NCBI GenBank assembly: GCA_035620475.1
Contig: DASPGT010000037.1
Coordinates: 8,233-72,232 of the forward strand
Length of the DNA stretch: 64,000 nucleotides
Source of the DNA: Gaiellaceae bacterium
GTDB lineage: Bacteria; Actinomycetota; Thermoleophilia; Gaiellales; Gaiellaceae
Direction of reading: 5' to 3'
Of this stretch, positions 40,172 through 49,078 are shown piece after piece; positions within the stretch are counted from its first letter, which is position 1, and each line of letters starts with the position of its first letter. Both the position numbers and the translations under genes were made by a program. Under the pieces are notes generated by a model. It was not told where the DNA came from. It saw only the letters and a list, made by a program, of their open reading frames with translations, and ran no database searches.

Positions 40172-40205
40172 CCCAGCCTTCCGGGCGGAAGCTGGGAGGG
40201 AGCCG
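40172..40205 (+). promoter_or_regulatory. 5'-UTR hairpin whose 3' arm includes part of the Shine-Dalgarno sequence (possible msiK-type RNA motif)
   Basis: CCCAGC-C-TTCC-GGGC-GGAA-GCTGGG (40172-40196), followed by AGGGAG and ATG. The Rfam msiK motif is described in 5' UTRs of actinobacterial msiK genes. Identity has not been verified. Confidence 0.3.
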
Positions 40206-41429
40206 ATGGCAGGAGTCACGTTCGACCGCGTCAGCAAGGTCTACCCGGACGGAACGAGGGCGGTCTCCGGGCTCGACATCGAGATCGAGGACGGCGAGTT
40301 CATGGTCCTCGTCGGCCCATCCGGCTGCGGCAAGACAACCGCGCTGCGGATGGTCGCGGGGCTCGAGGAGATCTCGGAGGGCGTCGTCAGGATCGGCGAG
40401 CGGGTCGTGAACCACGTGCCCTCGCGCGACCGCGACATCGCGATGGTCTTCCAGAGCTACGCGCTCTACCCGCACCTCTCGGTCTACGACAACATCGCCT
40501 TCGGCCTCAAGCTGCGGCGCGAGAAGAAGGACCTCATCGAGCAGCGCGTCCAGGAGGCGGCCCGGATCCTCGGGCTCGAGCCGTTCCTGAAGCGCAAGCC
40601 GCGGGCGCTCTCGGGCGGCCAGCGCCAGCGGGTCGCCATGGGCCGGGCGATCGTCCGGCAGCCGCAGGCCTTCCTCATGGACGAGCCGCTCTCCAACCTG
40701 GACGCGAAGCTGCGCGTGCAGATGCGGGCGGAGATCGCGAGCCTCCAGAACGACCTGGGGACGACGACGATCTACGTCACGCACGACCAGATCGAGGCAT
40801 TGACCATGGGCGACCGCGTCGCCGTCATGCGCAAGGGCGAGCTCCAGCAGGTCGACGCGCCGCAGACGCTGTACGACCGCCCCGTCAACATCTTCGTCGG
40901 CGGCTTCATCGGCAGCCCGGCCATGAACATGGTGGAGGCGCTCCTCGAGCGGGCAAACGGCGGCCTGGCGGTGCAGCTCGGCAGCCAGCGTCTCACGCTC
41001 GGCGAGGAAACGCTCACCACGCGGCCAGGGCTCGGCGCCTACGTCGACCGCCAGGTGATCCTCGGGATTCGTCCGGAGGACCTGGAAGACGCCGCCCTCG
41101 CCCCCGACGCTCCGGCCGACCGGCGTCTCCACGGGAAGGTGCAGCTCCGGGAGGCCCTCGGCGCGGAGATCATGGCCCACTTCCTCGTGGACGCGCCCCC
41201 GGCGCTCACCGAGGACGTCCGAGAGCTCGCCCAGGACGTCGGCGACGAGCGGATCGGCCAGGGCGCCGAGACTCCGGCCGAGACCGTGATGGTCGGGCGC
41301 TTCGGCGCGCGCTCCGGCGTGCGCGAGGGCGAGAACGCCGACGTCGTGGTCGACACCAACTCGCTGCATTTCTTCGATCCCGAGTCGGGGCTCGCGATCT
41401 ACGACGAACGCACAACGAAGGGAGACTGA
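40206..41429 (+). CDS. Sugar ABC transporter ATP-binding protein (MsiK/UgpC/MalK type)
   Basis: Walker A GPSGCGKTT, signature LSGGQRQRVA, Walker B FLMDEPLSNLD, and a C-terminal MalK-like regulatory/TOBE region. Confidence 0.9.
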   Translation: MAGVTFDRVSKVYPDGTRAVSGLDIEIEDGEFMVLVGPSGCGKTTALRMVAGLEEISEGVVRIGERVVNHVPSRDRDIAMVFQSYALYPHLSVYDNIAFGLKLRREKKDLIEQRVQEAARILGLEPFLKRKPRALSGGQRQRVAMGRAIVRQPQAFLMDEPLSNLDAKLRVQMRAEIASLQNDLGTTTIYVTHDQIEALTMGDRVAVMRKGELQQVDAPQTLYDRPVNIFVGGFIGSPAMNMVEALLERANGGLAVQLGSQRLTLGEETLTTRPGLGAYVDRQVILGIRPEDLEDAALAPDAPADRRLHGKVQLREALGAEIMAHFLVDAPPALTEDVRELAQDVGDERIGQGAETPAETVMVGRFGARSGVREGENADVVVDTNSLHFFDPESGLAIYDERTTKGD

Positions 41430-42775
41430 TGAGTCGTCGTTTACTCCTACTACTGGGCCTGCTGGTCCTCGTTTTCGTACCCCTCGCGGCGACCGGGTGT
41501 GGAGGTGACGACGACGACGACGGCGGCGACGCCGCCGCCACGGAGGCGGGCGACACCGAGGCTGCCGGGGGCGACGTCTCCGGCTCGATCTCGGTGATGG
41601 CGGTGTGGACCGGCCCCGAGCAGGAGTCGTTCCAGGCGGTCATCGACGGCTTCACCGAGCAGTACCCGGACGTGGACGTCAGCTACACGTCGGCGGGCGA
41701 CCAGCTGCCGACGCAGCTCTCGACGGCCGTCGAGGGCGGGAACCCGCCCGACGTCGCGGTGCTGCCCCAGCCCGGCCTCATGCGGGACTTCGCCGGGCAG
41801 GGAGCCCTCGTCTCCCTCGACTTCGCCGCGGCGGACATCGAGGAGAACTTCGGCGAGTCCGTCATCGACCTCGGCACGGTGGACGGGACGCTCTACGGCT
41901 TCCTCTACAAGGCGGCCAACAAGTCCCTCGTCTGGTACAACGTCGGCGCCTACGGGGACGCCGGCGTCGAGCCCGCCGAGGACTGGGACACGTGGATCAC
42001 GAACGGCGACACGCTGCTCGCCTCGGGCGTCCCGGCCTACTCGATCGGCGGCGCGGACGGGTGGACGCTCACCGACCTGTTCGAGAACATCTACCTCCGC
42101 ACGGCCGGGCCGGAGATGTACGACCAGCTCGCCGCGCACGAGATTCCCTGGACCGACCAGTCCGTGAAGGACGCCCTCGCGGAGATGGCCGAGATCGTGG
42201 GGAACGCCGACAACATCGCCGGCGGGACGCAGGGGGCCCTGCAGACGGACTTTCCGACCTCGGTCACCCAGGTCTACGCCGACCCGCCCGCCGCGGCGCA
42301 GGTGATGGAAGGCGACTTCGTCGGCGGCGTCATCAGCGATTCGACCGACGCGGCGGCCGGCGACGGCTTCGACGTCTTCCCGTTCCCGGCGATCGGGGAC
42401 TCGGGCGCCGTCGTCGTCGGCGGCGGCGACACGGTCGTCATGTTCAACGACACGCCCGCCGGCCAGGCGTTCATCCAGTACCTGACGACGCCCGAGGCGG
42501 CCACGATCTGGGCCGAGCGCGGCGGCTTCGCGTCGCTGAACAGGAACCTCGACCCGAGCGTCTACGCGGACGAGATCGTGCAGACGACGGCAGGCGCGCT
42601 CAGCGAAGCGGAGGTCTTCCGCTTCGACCTGTCCGACCTCCAGCCCGCGGAGTTCGGCGGGACGGTCGGCCAGGGCCTGTTCAAGCTCTTCCAGGACTTC
42701 CTGGCCAACCCGTCCGACATCGACGGGATCACGCAGCAGATGGAAGACGAGGCCGCGGCAGCCTACGGCGAGTAG
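41429..42775 (+). CDS. Sugar ABC transporter substrate-binding lipoprotein (family 1 SBP)
   Basis: Lipobox LAATGC, an acidic linker, then ISVMAVWTGPEQESFQAVIDGF... The ATG overlaps the ATPase stop. Confidence 0.85.
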   Translation: MSRRLLLLLGLLVLVFVPLAATGCGGDDDDDGGDAAATEAGDTEAAGGDVSGSISVMAVWTGPEQESFQAVIDGFTEQYPDVDVSYTSAGDQLPTQLSTAVEGGNPPDVAVLPQPGLMRDFAGQGALVSLDFAAADIEENFGESVIDLGTVDGTLYGFLYKAANKSLVWYNVGAYGDAGVEPAEDWDTWITNGDTLLASGVPAYSIGGADGWTLTDLFENIYLRTAGPEMYDQLAAHEIPWTDQSVKDALAEMAEIVGNADNIAGGTQGALQTDFPTSVTQVYADPPAAAQVMEGDFVGGVISDSTDAAAGDGFDVFPFPAIGDSGAVVVGGGDTVVMFNDTPAGQAFIQYLTTPEAATIWAERGGFASLNRNLDPSVYADEIVQTTAGALSEAEVFRFDLSDLQPAEFGGTVGQGLFKLFQDFLANPSDIDGITQQMEDEAAAAYGE

Positions 42776-42784
42776 CCGGCGACC

Positions 42785-44137
42785 ATGAGCGGCGCGAGCA
42801 TTTCGGCGGAGCCTCCGGTCACGGAGGCTCCGCCCGAGCCCGGCGGGCGAGCGCAGTGGGCGAGGCACCACCTCATCACCCTGCTCTTCCTCGGGCCCGC
42901 CGCCCTCTTCCTCGGCCTCTGGGTCGTCTACCCGGCGATCCGGACGGTCATCCGGAGCTTCTACGACCGCTCGGGCGAGAACTTCATCTGGTTCCAGAAC
43001 TACGAGCGGCTGTTCACCGACGACAACACCCTGACCGCAATCAAGAACAACGCGATCTGGGTCGGCGTCGTCCCGGCGCTCGTGACCGCGATCGGGCTCA
43101 TCTTCGCCGTCATGACGGAGCGGGTGAGCTGGTCGGTCGCCTTCAAGACCGTCGTCTTCATGCCGATGGCGATCTCGCTCTTCGCCGCCGGCATCATCTG
43201 GCGCTCGGCCATGTACCCGCAAGACCCGGACATGGGGGCCCTCAACGCGTTCATCACCAGCGTCCAGGATGCGTTCAGCCCCTCGGGCGTGCTGACCGAC
43301 GCGCAGCCCGCCACCGACGACCTCACCGGCTCGACGCAGGCGGGCTTCGAGCTCGACGTGCCGCTCGCTCCGGGCGGCGACCCGGCGGTGCTCGGCCTCA
43401 CCGGCATCCCGCCCGACGAGGTCCCCTCGGGCGCCGTTCAGGCCGTAGTCCCGGAGCCGCTCCAGGGCGGGATCACCGGCGTGGTCTGGAGGGACTTCTC
43501 GCCCGGCGGAGGCACCCCGGGCGAGGTCGAGCCCGAGGAGCTCGGGCTCCCGGGCGCAACGGTCGACCTCCTCGACTCGAGCGGCGACAGCGTCGCCTCG
43601 GCGACGGCCGCCGACGACGGCACGTTCGCGTTCGAGGACGTCGAGCAGGGCGAGTACCACGTCGCGATCAGCTCCGAGACCTTCGCCGCCCCCTCGGAGG
43701 GCATCGCCTGGCTCGGCGCCCAGCTGATCACGACCTCGATGATCATCTCCTACATCTGGATCTGGGCCGGGTTCGCCATGGTCGTGATCGCGGCCGGGCT
43801 GGCCGCGATCCCCCGGGAGGTGCTCGAGGCGGCGCGGACCGACGGGGCGAGCGAATGGCAGGTGTTCAGGCGGGTGACGGTGCCGCTCCTCGCGCCGGTC
43901 CTCACGGTCGTCTTCATCACGATGCTCATCAACGTCCTCAAGGTCTTCGACATCGTGCTCTCGGTCGCCCCGGGGTCGGTGCAGGCCGACGCGACCGTGA
44001 TCGCGCTGCAGATGTGGCGCGAGTCCTTCACGGCCGCCTCGAACTTCGGGTTCGGCTCGGCGATCGCGGTCTTCCTCTTCGTCCTCGTGATCCCGGTCCT
44101 GCTCCTCAACGTCCGCCGCTTCAAGAGGGAGGTGTAG
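42785..44137 (+). CDS. Sugar ABC transporter permease (MalF-like) with a large extracytoplasmic loop insertion
   Basis: TM helices and the EAA-type loop (EAARTDGASEWQVFRRVTVPLL). A ~170-aa loop between TM3 and TM4 contains a beta-sandwich-like segment. Confidence 0.85.
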   Translation: MSGASISAEPPVTEAPPEPGGRAQWARHHLITLLFLGPAALFLGLWVVYPAIRTVIRSFYDRSGENFIWFQNYERLFTDDNTLTAIKNNAIWVGVVPALVTAIGLIFAVMTERVSWSVAFKTVVFMPMAISLFAAGIIWRSAMYPQDPDMGALNAFITSVQDAFSPSGVLTDAQPATDDLTGSTQAGFELDVPLAPGGDPAVLGLTGIPPDEVPSGAVQAVVPEPLQGGITGVVWRDFSPGGGTPGEVEPEELGLPGATVDLLDSSGDSVASATAADDGTFAFEDVEQGEYHVAISSETFAAPSEGIAWLGAQLITTSMIISYIWIWAGFAMVVIAAGLAAIPREVLEAARTDGASEWQVFRRVTVPLLAPVLTVVFITMLINVLKVFDIVLSVAPGSVQADATVIALQMWRESFTAASNFGFGSAIAVFLFVLVIPVLLLNVRRFKREV

Positions 44138-44143
44138 GCCGCC

Positions 44144-45034
44144 ATGGCCACCGCCGCCGCCGAGGCACGGCCCGCCCCGGTCGTCGAGGAGAAGCTCTCG
44201 GCGAGGATCCTCCGCGTCCTCGGCAAGGCGCCGATCCACGTCATCCTCGTGTTCGTCGGGCTCTTCTGGCTCGTCCCCACGATCGGCCTCTTCATCATCT
44301 CGCTGATGGACCCGGCCGACCTCGCGTCGAACGGCTGGTGGACCTTCCTGACGAAGCCGAGCGAGCTGACGCTCGACAACTACCGGGCGATCTTCGAGAA
44401 CGAGGCGATCACGTCGTCCCTCTGGACGACCGTCTGGATCGCGATCGGGGGGACGATCCTGCCGATCTTCATCGCCGCCCTCGCCGGCTACGCGTTTGCC
44501 TGGCTGGACTTCCCCGGGCGCGACTGGCTCTTCATCGTCGTCATCGCCATGCTCGTGGTGCCGCTGCAGATGGCGCTCATCCCCATGTTCTCCCTCTACA
44601 ACGACCTGGGGATCTTCGACACGGTCCTCTCGATCGTCCTCTTCCACACGGCCTTCGGGCTGCCGTTCGCCATCTTCCTCTTGCGGAACTTCTTCATCGG
44701 GATCCCGAAGGAGCTGCTCGAGGCGGCCCGCATCGACGGGGCGTCCGAGCTGCGCATCTTCTTCCGGCTCATCCTGCCCCTCGGGCTGCCGGCGATCGCC
44801 TCGCTCGCCATCTTCCAGTTCCTCTGGGCCTGGAACGACCTGCTCGTCGCGCTGACCTTCGGCCGCGAGACGCAGCCGATCACGGTGGCGATCTTCTCGC
44901 AGCTCCGCCAGTTCGGCGCGAACATCGAGCTGATCGCGCCGGCCTCGTTCGTCTCGCTGGCGATCCCGCTCGTCGTCTTCTTCGCCTTCCAGCGCTACTT
45001 CGTGCAGGGGCTGCTCGCGGGCTCCGTGAAGTAG
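44144..45034 (+). CDS. Sugar ABC transporter permease (MalG-like)
   Basis: 6 TM; EAA loop LLEAARIDGASELRIFFRLILPL. Confidence 0.9.
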   Translation: MATAAAEARPAPVVEEKLSARILRVLGKAPIHVILVFVGLFWLVPTIGLFIISLMDPADLASNGWWTFLTKPSELTLDNYRAIFENEAITSSLWTTVWIAIGGTILPIFIAALAGYAFAWLDFPGRDWLFIVVIAMLVVPLQMALIPMFSLYNDLGIFDTVLSIVLFHTAFGLPFAIFLLRNFFIGIPKELLEAARIDGASELRIFFRLILPLGLPAIASLAIFQFLWAWNDLLVALTFGRETQPITVAIFSQLRQFGANIELIAPASFVSLAIPLVVFFAFQRYFVQGLLAGSVK

Positions 45035-45044
45035 CGTCGAGACC

Positions 45045-46148
45045 GTGCCGGAACCGTGCGCAATCGTCGGCGGCGGCCTCGCCGGCTTCGTCGCGCATGC
45101 GACCCTTCGGAAAGGGGGGCTCTCCCCGGCCGAAATAGCCGTGTTCGGAACGGACCCGGATCCCGCGGCCGTGTGGCGCGTCCGGGCGGCGGCGATCCGC
45201 CAGCGGCGCATGCGCTCCGAGAGCGACGGGCACTGCGCGCCGACTAGCTTTCCCGGCCTCGCCGTGCGCGCCGCCCGCCGGCGGCGCAGCCTCGTGCCGC
45301 TCCTCCGGACCGCGTGCGATCGGTACCACCCGACCGTGGCGGAGTTCCTCGACCACGTCGAGGAGCTCCGCGCGGCCACGGGCTGGGACGAGAGCTTTCG
45401 CCGGGCCTGCATCCGCCGGGTGCGCGCCGTCGACGGCGGCTTCGAGCTCGACGGGCACGGCCCGTTCCGCCACATCCTGCTCGCGCCCGGGCATCCCGGG
45501 CTCGCCTTCCCGCCGGAGCTCGAGGGCGATCCGCGCGCCGTCCACGCCTACGAGCCGCACGAGTACGCCGAGCGCGTCGAGGTCGTCGGGGCCGGGATGG
45601 CCGCCGCCACCGAGTGGCTGAACGCGCTCGCCGCCGGCTCGGCGGTCGTCTCGGTGCGCCGGCGCGAGCCGGAGCGACGCCCGCTCAACCTTCCGCGGGA
45701 GCTCTTCACGCGCCGGGGCCTCGCCTCCTACCACCGGACCGGCCCGGCCGAGCGCGTCGAGCTGCTCCGGCGGTTCGGCGCGCCGTCGTTTCCGCCCGGC
45801 CGCGCCTGGGACGAGCCGGTCGAGCGGGCCCGCCGTCAGGGACGCTTCGCGGTCGCCGCGGAGCCGAACGGCGCCGAGCAGGTGATCTGCGCCACGGGCT
45901 TCAGGCGCGGCTTCCGCCACGACGACCTGCTCGCCGCGCTCGTCGCCGAGCACGGCGTCGAGACCGCCGACCGCTGGATCGTGCTCGCTCCCGACTCGAC
46001 CGTGCCGGCGCTCACGGACGCCGAGCGGACGCTCGCGCTCGCGGGCGCGCCCGGCCAGTGGGCCTTCCCGGCGGCCGACACGCTCGTGGGCGCGAAGTAC
46101 GCGGCCCGCGGCTTCCTGCGGAGAGTGCAGGCATGGCGTACACACTGA
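45045..46148 (+). CDS. FAD/NAD(P)-binding oxidoreductase of unknown specificity
   Basis: Two dinucleotide-binding motifs, AIVGGGLAGFVAH near the N-terminus and VEVVGAGMAAATEW mid-protein, with a late ATGF motif. GTG start 10 nt after the permease stop. Confidence 0.7.
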   Translation: MPEPCAIVGGGLAGFVAHATLRKGGLSPAEIAVFGTDPDPAAVWRVRAAAIRQRRMRSESDGHCAPTSFPGLAVRAARRRRSLVPLLRTACDRYHPTVAEFLDHVEELRAATGWDESFRRACIRRVRAVDGGFELDGHGPFRHILLAPGHPGLAFPPELEGDPRAVHAYEPHEYAERVEVVGAGMAAATEWLNALAAGSAVVSVRRREPERRPLNLPRELFTRRGLASYHRTGPAERVELLRRFGAPSFPPGRAWDEPVERARRQGRFAVAAEPNGAEQVICATGFRRGFRHDDLLAALVAEHGVETADRWIVLAPDSTVPALTDAERTLALAGAPGQWAFPAADTLVGAKYAARGFLRRVQAWRTH

Positions 46149-47314
46149 GGGGACGGCTCGACTCGCGGCTCGCGGCCGTGCTGGGGCCGATCGCGGCGGC
46201 CTGCGTCCTCGCCCTCGCGCTGCACGTCTGGTGGCCGGTCGAGCTCGCGGCGCTCATGATCGCGGTCGGCGTCCTGCTCGACCTCACGCTCTACCACCGC
46301 CTCATCGCCTACCAGCCCGCCTGGGCGGCGCTCCCGCTCGGACTCCTCGAGCTCGGCGCCGTCATGGGGCTCGCAGTCCCCCTGAACGTGGACGCGCCGC
46401 TCGTGCCGGCGCTCGCCTTCTACTGGGCCTCGTGGCTCCTTTCGCAGGCGCTCGGCCACGCCGTGCTCCCGCTCGCGCGGCTCTCCTACGGCGACGACGG
46501 CGGCCAGCTGGGCCGCGCCGGTCCGGGGATCGCGGTCACCGTCCTCGTCGTCCTGGCCGCCGCCGGCGGCGTCGCCTGGGCGACCCAGCCGCCGATCGTG
46601 CGGCTGGCGGCCGGCGTGCACGAGGGCCCGCTCGTCGTCGACACGCCGCAGCGCCTCTACGGCGAGCCGGGCGCCGTCGTCCGCGGCGGCATCGTCGTCA
46701 CCGCCGACGACGTGACCATCCGGGACGTCGCCGTCCTGGGCGGCGAGCACGGGATCGAGGTCGACGGGGCCGAGCGCGTGCTGCTCGAGCGGGTGAGCGT
46801 CCTCGGCGCCACGCTCGACGGCATCAACGTCCGCCGGAGCACCGTGACCATCCGCGACTGCGTCGTCAGGGAGCCGACGGGCACGCATGCCCAGGGCATC
46901 GACGTCTCCTTCGGCTTTGACCTCGCGCCCTCGACGATCGAGGGCTGCACCGTCACCGGAGGGATGGAGGGGATCGTCACGCACTTCGCCCACGTCCGGG
47001 TGCGGGACAACCGGGTCAGCGGCACGAGCCTGCGCGGAATCACGCTGACGGAGATGTCGATGGGCGAGGTCGAGGGCAACGAGGTGGCGGGCGCGCTCGG
47101 CGTGGGGATCTTCTGCGGCGACTACTCCCAATGCAGCATCGAGGACAACACCGTCGTGGGCACGCGCCCGGACCTCGTCTCCGGCGACCGCACGCGCCTG
47201 GGCTTCGGCATCGTCTCGCACTACGGAGCGCGCGCCGAGCTCGACGGCAACCGGCTGGAGGGCAACGCTCAGCCCGTTGCCTCGTTCCTCCGCGCGACCG
47301 TCTCCTCCGGGTAG
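46133..47314 (+). CDS. Polytopic membrane protein fused to a right-handed parallel beta-helix (PbH1/NosD-like) domain
   Basis: About 5 N-terminal TM helices. Repeated beta-helix turns follow: VTIRDVAVLGGEHGIEVDG, VLLERVSVLG, VTIRDCVV, STIEGCTVTGG, VRVRDNRVSG, GEVEGNEVAG and CSIEDNTVVG. The ATG overlaps the previous gene by 16 nt. Confidence 0.7.
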   Translation: MAYTLRGRLDSRLAAVLGPIAAACVLALALHVWWPVELAALMIAVGVLLDLTLYHRLIAYQPAWAALPLGLLELGAVMGLAVPLNVDAPLVPALAFYWASWLLSQALGHAVLPLARLSYGDDGGQLGRAGPGIAVTVLVVLAAAGGVAWATQPPIVRLAAGVHEGPLVVDTPQRLYGEPGAVVRGGIVVTADDVTIRDVAVLGGEHGIEVDGAERVLLERVSVLGATLDGINVRRSTVTIRDCVVREPTGTHAQGIDVSFGFDLAPSTIEGCTVTGGMEGIVTHFAHVRVRDNRVSGTSLRGITLTEMSMGEVEGNEVAGALGVGIFCGDYSQCSIEDNTVVGTRPDLVSGDRTRLGFGIVSHYGARAELDGNRLEGNAQPVASFLRATVSSG

Positions 47315-47432
47315 ACGCGCTCGTCGGCCCGCCGTTAGCATGGGCAGGGTGCCAGGGCGCCCAGACAGCCGCAGGGAACGCGGCCCGAGCGCTGAGCCCA
47401 TCCGCTAGGCGCGGCGCGAAAGCGGGGCCCCG

Positions 47433-48731
47433 GTGAGACGACGCTCTCTCGTCCTGCTCCTGGCGCCGCTCGCCCTGGTCGTGTTCCTGGCGGTCTTCCT
47501 CGGCCCGCGCCTGCTCGAGGAGGAGAGCCCGGGCCAGGAGGAGCTCGACCGTCTCGCCGAGGAGGCCGTCGACCCCGGCCGCGTCGAGGTCTGGGGTGCG
47601 TGGGAGGGAGCCGAGCAGGAGGCATTCGAGGCGGTGCTCGCCGGCTACATGGAGGCCTTCCCGGGGACGGACGTCGTGTACGTGCCCCTCGGGGACGAGC
47701 TCGAGGGGCGGATCCGGGCGGGGGCGGCCGAAGGCGCCCTGCCCGACCTGGCGATCCTCTCGGGCACCCGGCTCGCGCAGGAGCTGGCCGAGGAGGGGCT
47801 GCTGCTTCCGCTCCACCGGATCGAGCAGGAGGCGGAGGAGCCGTTCGGGGAGTCCTTCGTCGCGGTGGGCGGCTACGGCGACCAGGAGCCGTACGGGGTC
47901 ATGGTGAAGCCGCGAAACGAGTCCCTCCTCTGGTACTCCGCCGCGGCCTACGAGGGCGCGGGCCTGGAGCCTCCCGCGGACTGGGAGGAGCTCGTCGAGG
48001 GCGCCCGGGGGCTCACCGCGTCCGGCGTCCCAGCCTACGCGGTCCCCGGGGCCGAGGGTGCGGCGCTGATGGACGTCTTCGAGGCGCTCTTCCTGCAGAC
48101 CGGCGGGACGGACTTCTACGACTTCCTGCTCGGAAGGAACGTTCCCTGGACGCACGAGACGGTCGTGGCGGCGCTCGAGGAGCTCGCGCGCGTGGTCGGC
48201 GACGAGGAGAGCGTCGCCGGCGGCGTCGAGGGGGCGCTCTCCACCGACCTGCAGGCGGCGGCGGCACAGGTGGCGGGCGACCCTCCCGAAGCGGCCCAGC
48301 TCCTGGGCGGGGAGGAGGCGGGCGCCGGGACGGCGGGCCTCTTCCCGCCCCTCGGCGGCGCCGGGCCGGTCGCCATCGTCACCGGCGACCAGGTCGTCAT
48401 GTTCCGCTACAGCCGCGTGAGCGAGGACCTGATGAGCTACCTCGTCACGGACGAGGCGATCGAGACCTTCACCTCGTTCGGCCTGCCGACTCTCGCCCGC
48501 GACGTCGATCCCGCGATCTACACGGACCCGACGACCCGCGTCGCGGTCACGGGGCTCCGGGACGCGGAGGCCTATCGCTACGACCTCTCGGACCTCCTCC
48601 CCGAGGAGCTGGCCTCGATCGAGGGCACGGGCCTGCTGCCCCTCTTCCAGGAGCTCGTTGGAAACCCGGATGACGCCCGGGAGATCGCAGAGCGTATGGA
48701 GGCGGTCGCAAAGCAGGTCTACCAGGACTAG
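47433..48731 (+). CDS. ABC transporter substrate-binding protein (family 1), TM-anchored paralogue of the 41429 SBP
   Basis: N-terminal TM anchor instead of a lipobox. VEVWGAWEGAEQEAFEAVLAGYMEAFPG... aligns by eye with the first SBP. GTG start. Confidence 0.8.
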   Translation: MRRRSLVLLLAPLALVVFLAVFLGPRLLEEESPGQEELDRLAEEAVDPGRVEVWGAWEGAEQEAFEAVLAGYMEAFPGTDVVYVPLGDELEGRIRAGAAEGALPDLAILSGTRLAQELAEEGLLLPLHRIEQEAEEPFGESFVAVGGYGDQEPYGVMVKPRNESLLWYSAAAYEGAGLEPPADWEELVEGARGLTASGVPAYAVPGAEGAALMDVFEALFLQTGGTDFYDFLLGRNVPWTHETVVAALEELARVVGDEESVAGGVEGALSTDLQAAAAQVAGDPPEAAQLLGGEEAGAGTAGLFPPLGGAGPVAIVTGDQVVMFRYSRVSEDLMSYLVTDEAIETFTSFGLPTLARDVDPAIYTDPTTRVAVTGLRDAEAYRYDLSDLLPEELASIEGTGLLPLFQELVGNPDDAREIAERMEAVAKQVYQD

Positions 48732-48785
48732 CGTCAAGCCTTTTCCGACGCGATTCCGATCCGCATAGCTGACTAACGGCATGGG

Positions 48786-48816
48786 GCTCCGCTCGCTCTT
48801 TTAGCGGGGCGGTTTT
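48786..48816 (+). terminator. Rho-independent-type terminator after the second SBP gene
   Basis: 8-bp stem GCTCCGCT / AGCGGGGC (one G-U pair), 9-nt loop, followed by GGTTTT. Confidence 0.4.
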
Positions 48817-48874
48817 CCCGTCGGTTAGAGTTGGCGGCCATCTCACCCGTCTTCGATTTCCTGGGAGGAAAATC

Positions 48875-49069
48875 GTGGCTCGAAAGACCATCCTGGTTTG
48901 TGACAACTGCGGCGCGGAGGTCGGCGAAGGGAAGGGGGCCGGTTTGCGCGTCACCTATACCGACGCGCGCCGCGGCGCGAAGGCCGCCGATCTCTGCGAC
49001 GACTGCGCCGGCAAGATGCCCGGCCGCCCCGCCGCCCGCCGCGGCCGCCGCCCCAAGTCGGCCGCGTAG
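48875..49069 (+). CDS. Small 4-Cys zinc-ribbon protein with Arg-rich C-terminal tail
   Basis: GTG start preceded by GGGAGGA. CDNCG...(25)...CDDC, with tail PAARRGRRPKSAA. A TAGAGT -10-like box lies at 48826-48831. Confidence 0.55.
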   Translation: MARKTILVCDNCGAEVGEGKGAGLRVTYTDARRGAKAADLCDDCAGKMPGRPAARRGRRPKSAA

Positions 49070-49078
49070 CCCGCTCCC

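Noticed and set aside
41450-45475. 1341-aa minus-strand ORF, and the 1177-aa plus-strand ORF (41605..45138), across the ABC transporter genes.
   Set aside because: Both are Arg/Asp/Gly/Pro-rich with no domain signatures. The alternative frame encodes a textbook SBP and two permeases with EAA loops.
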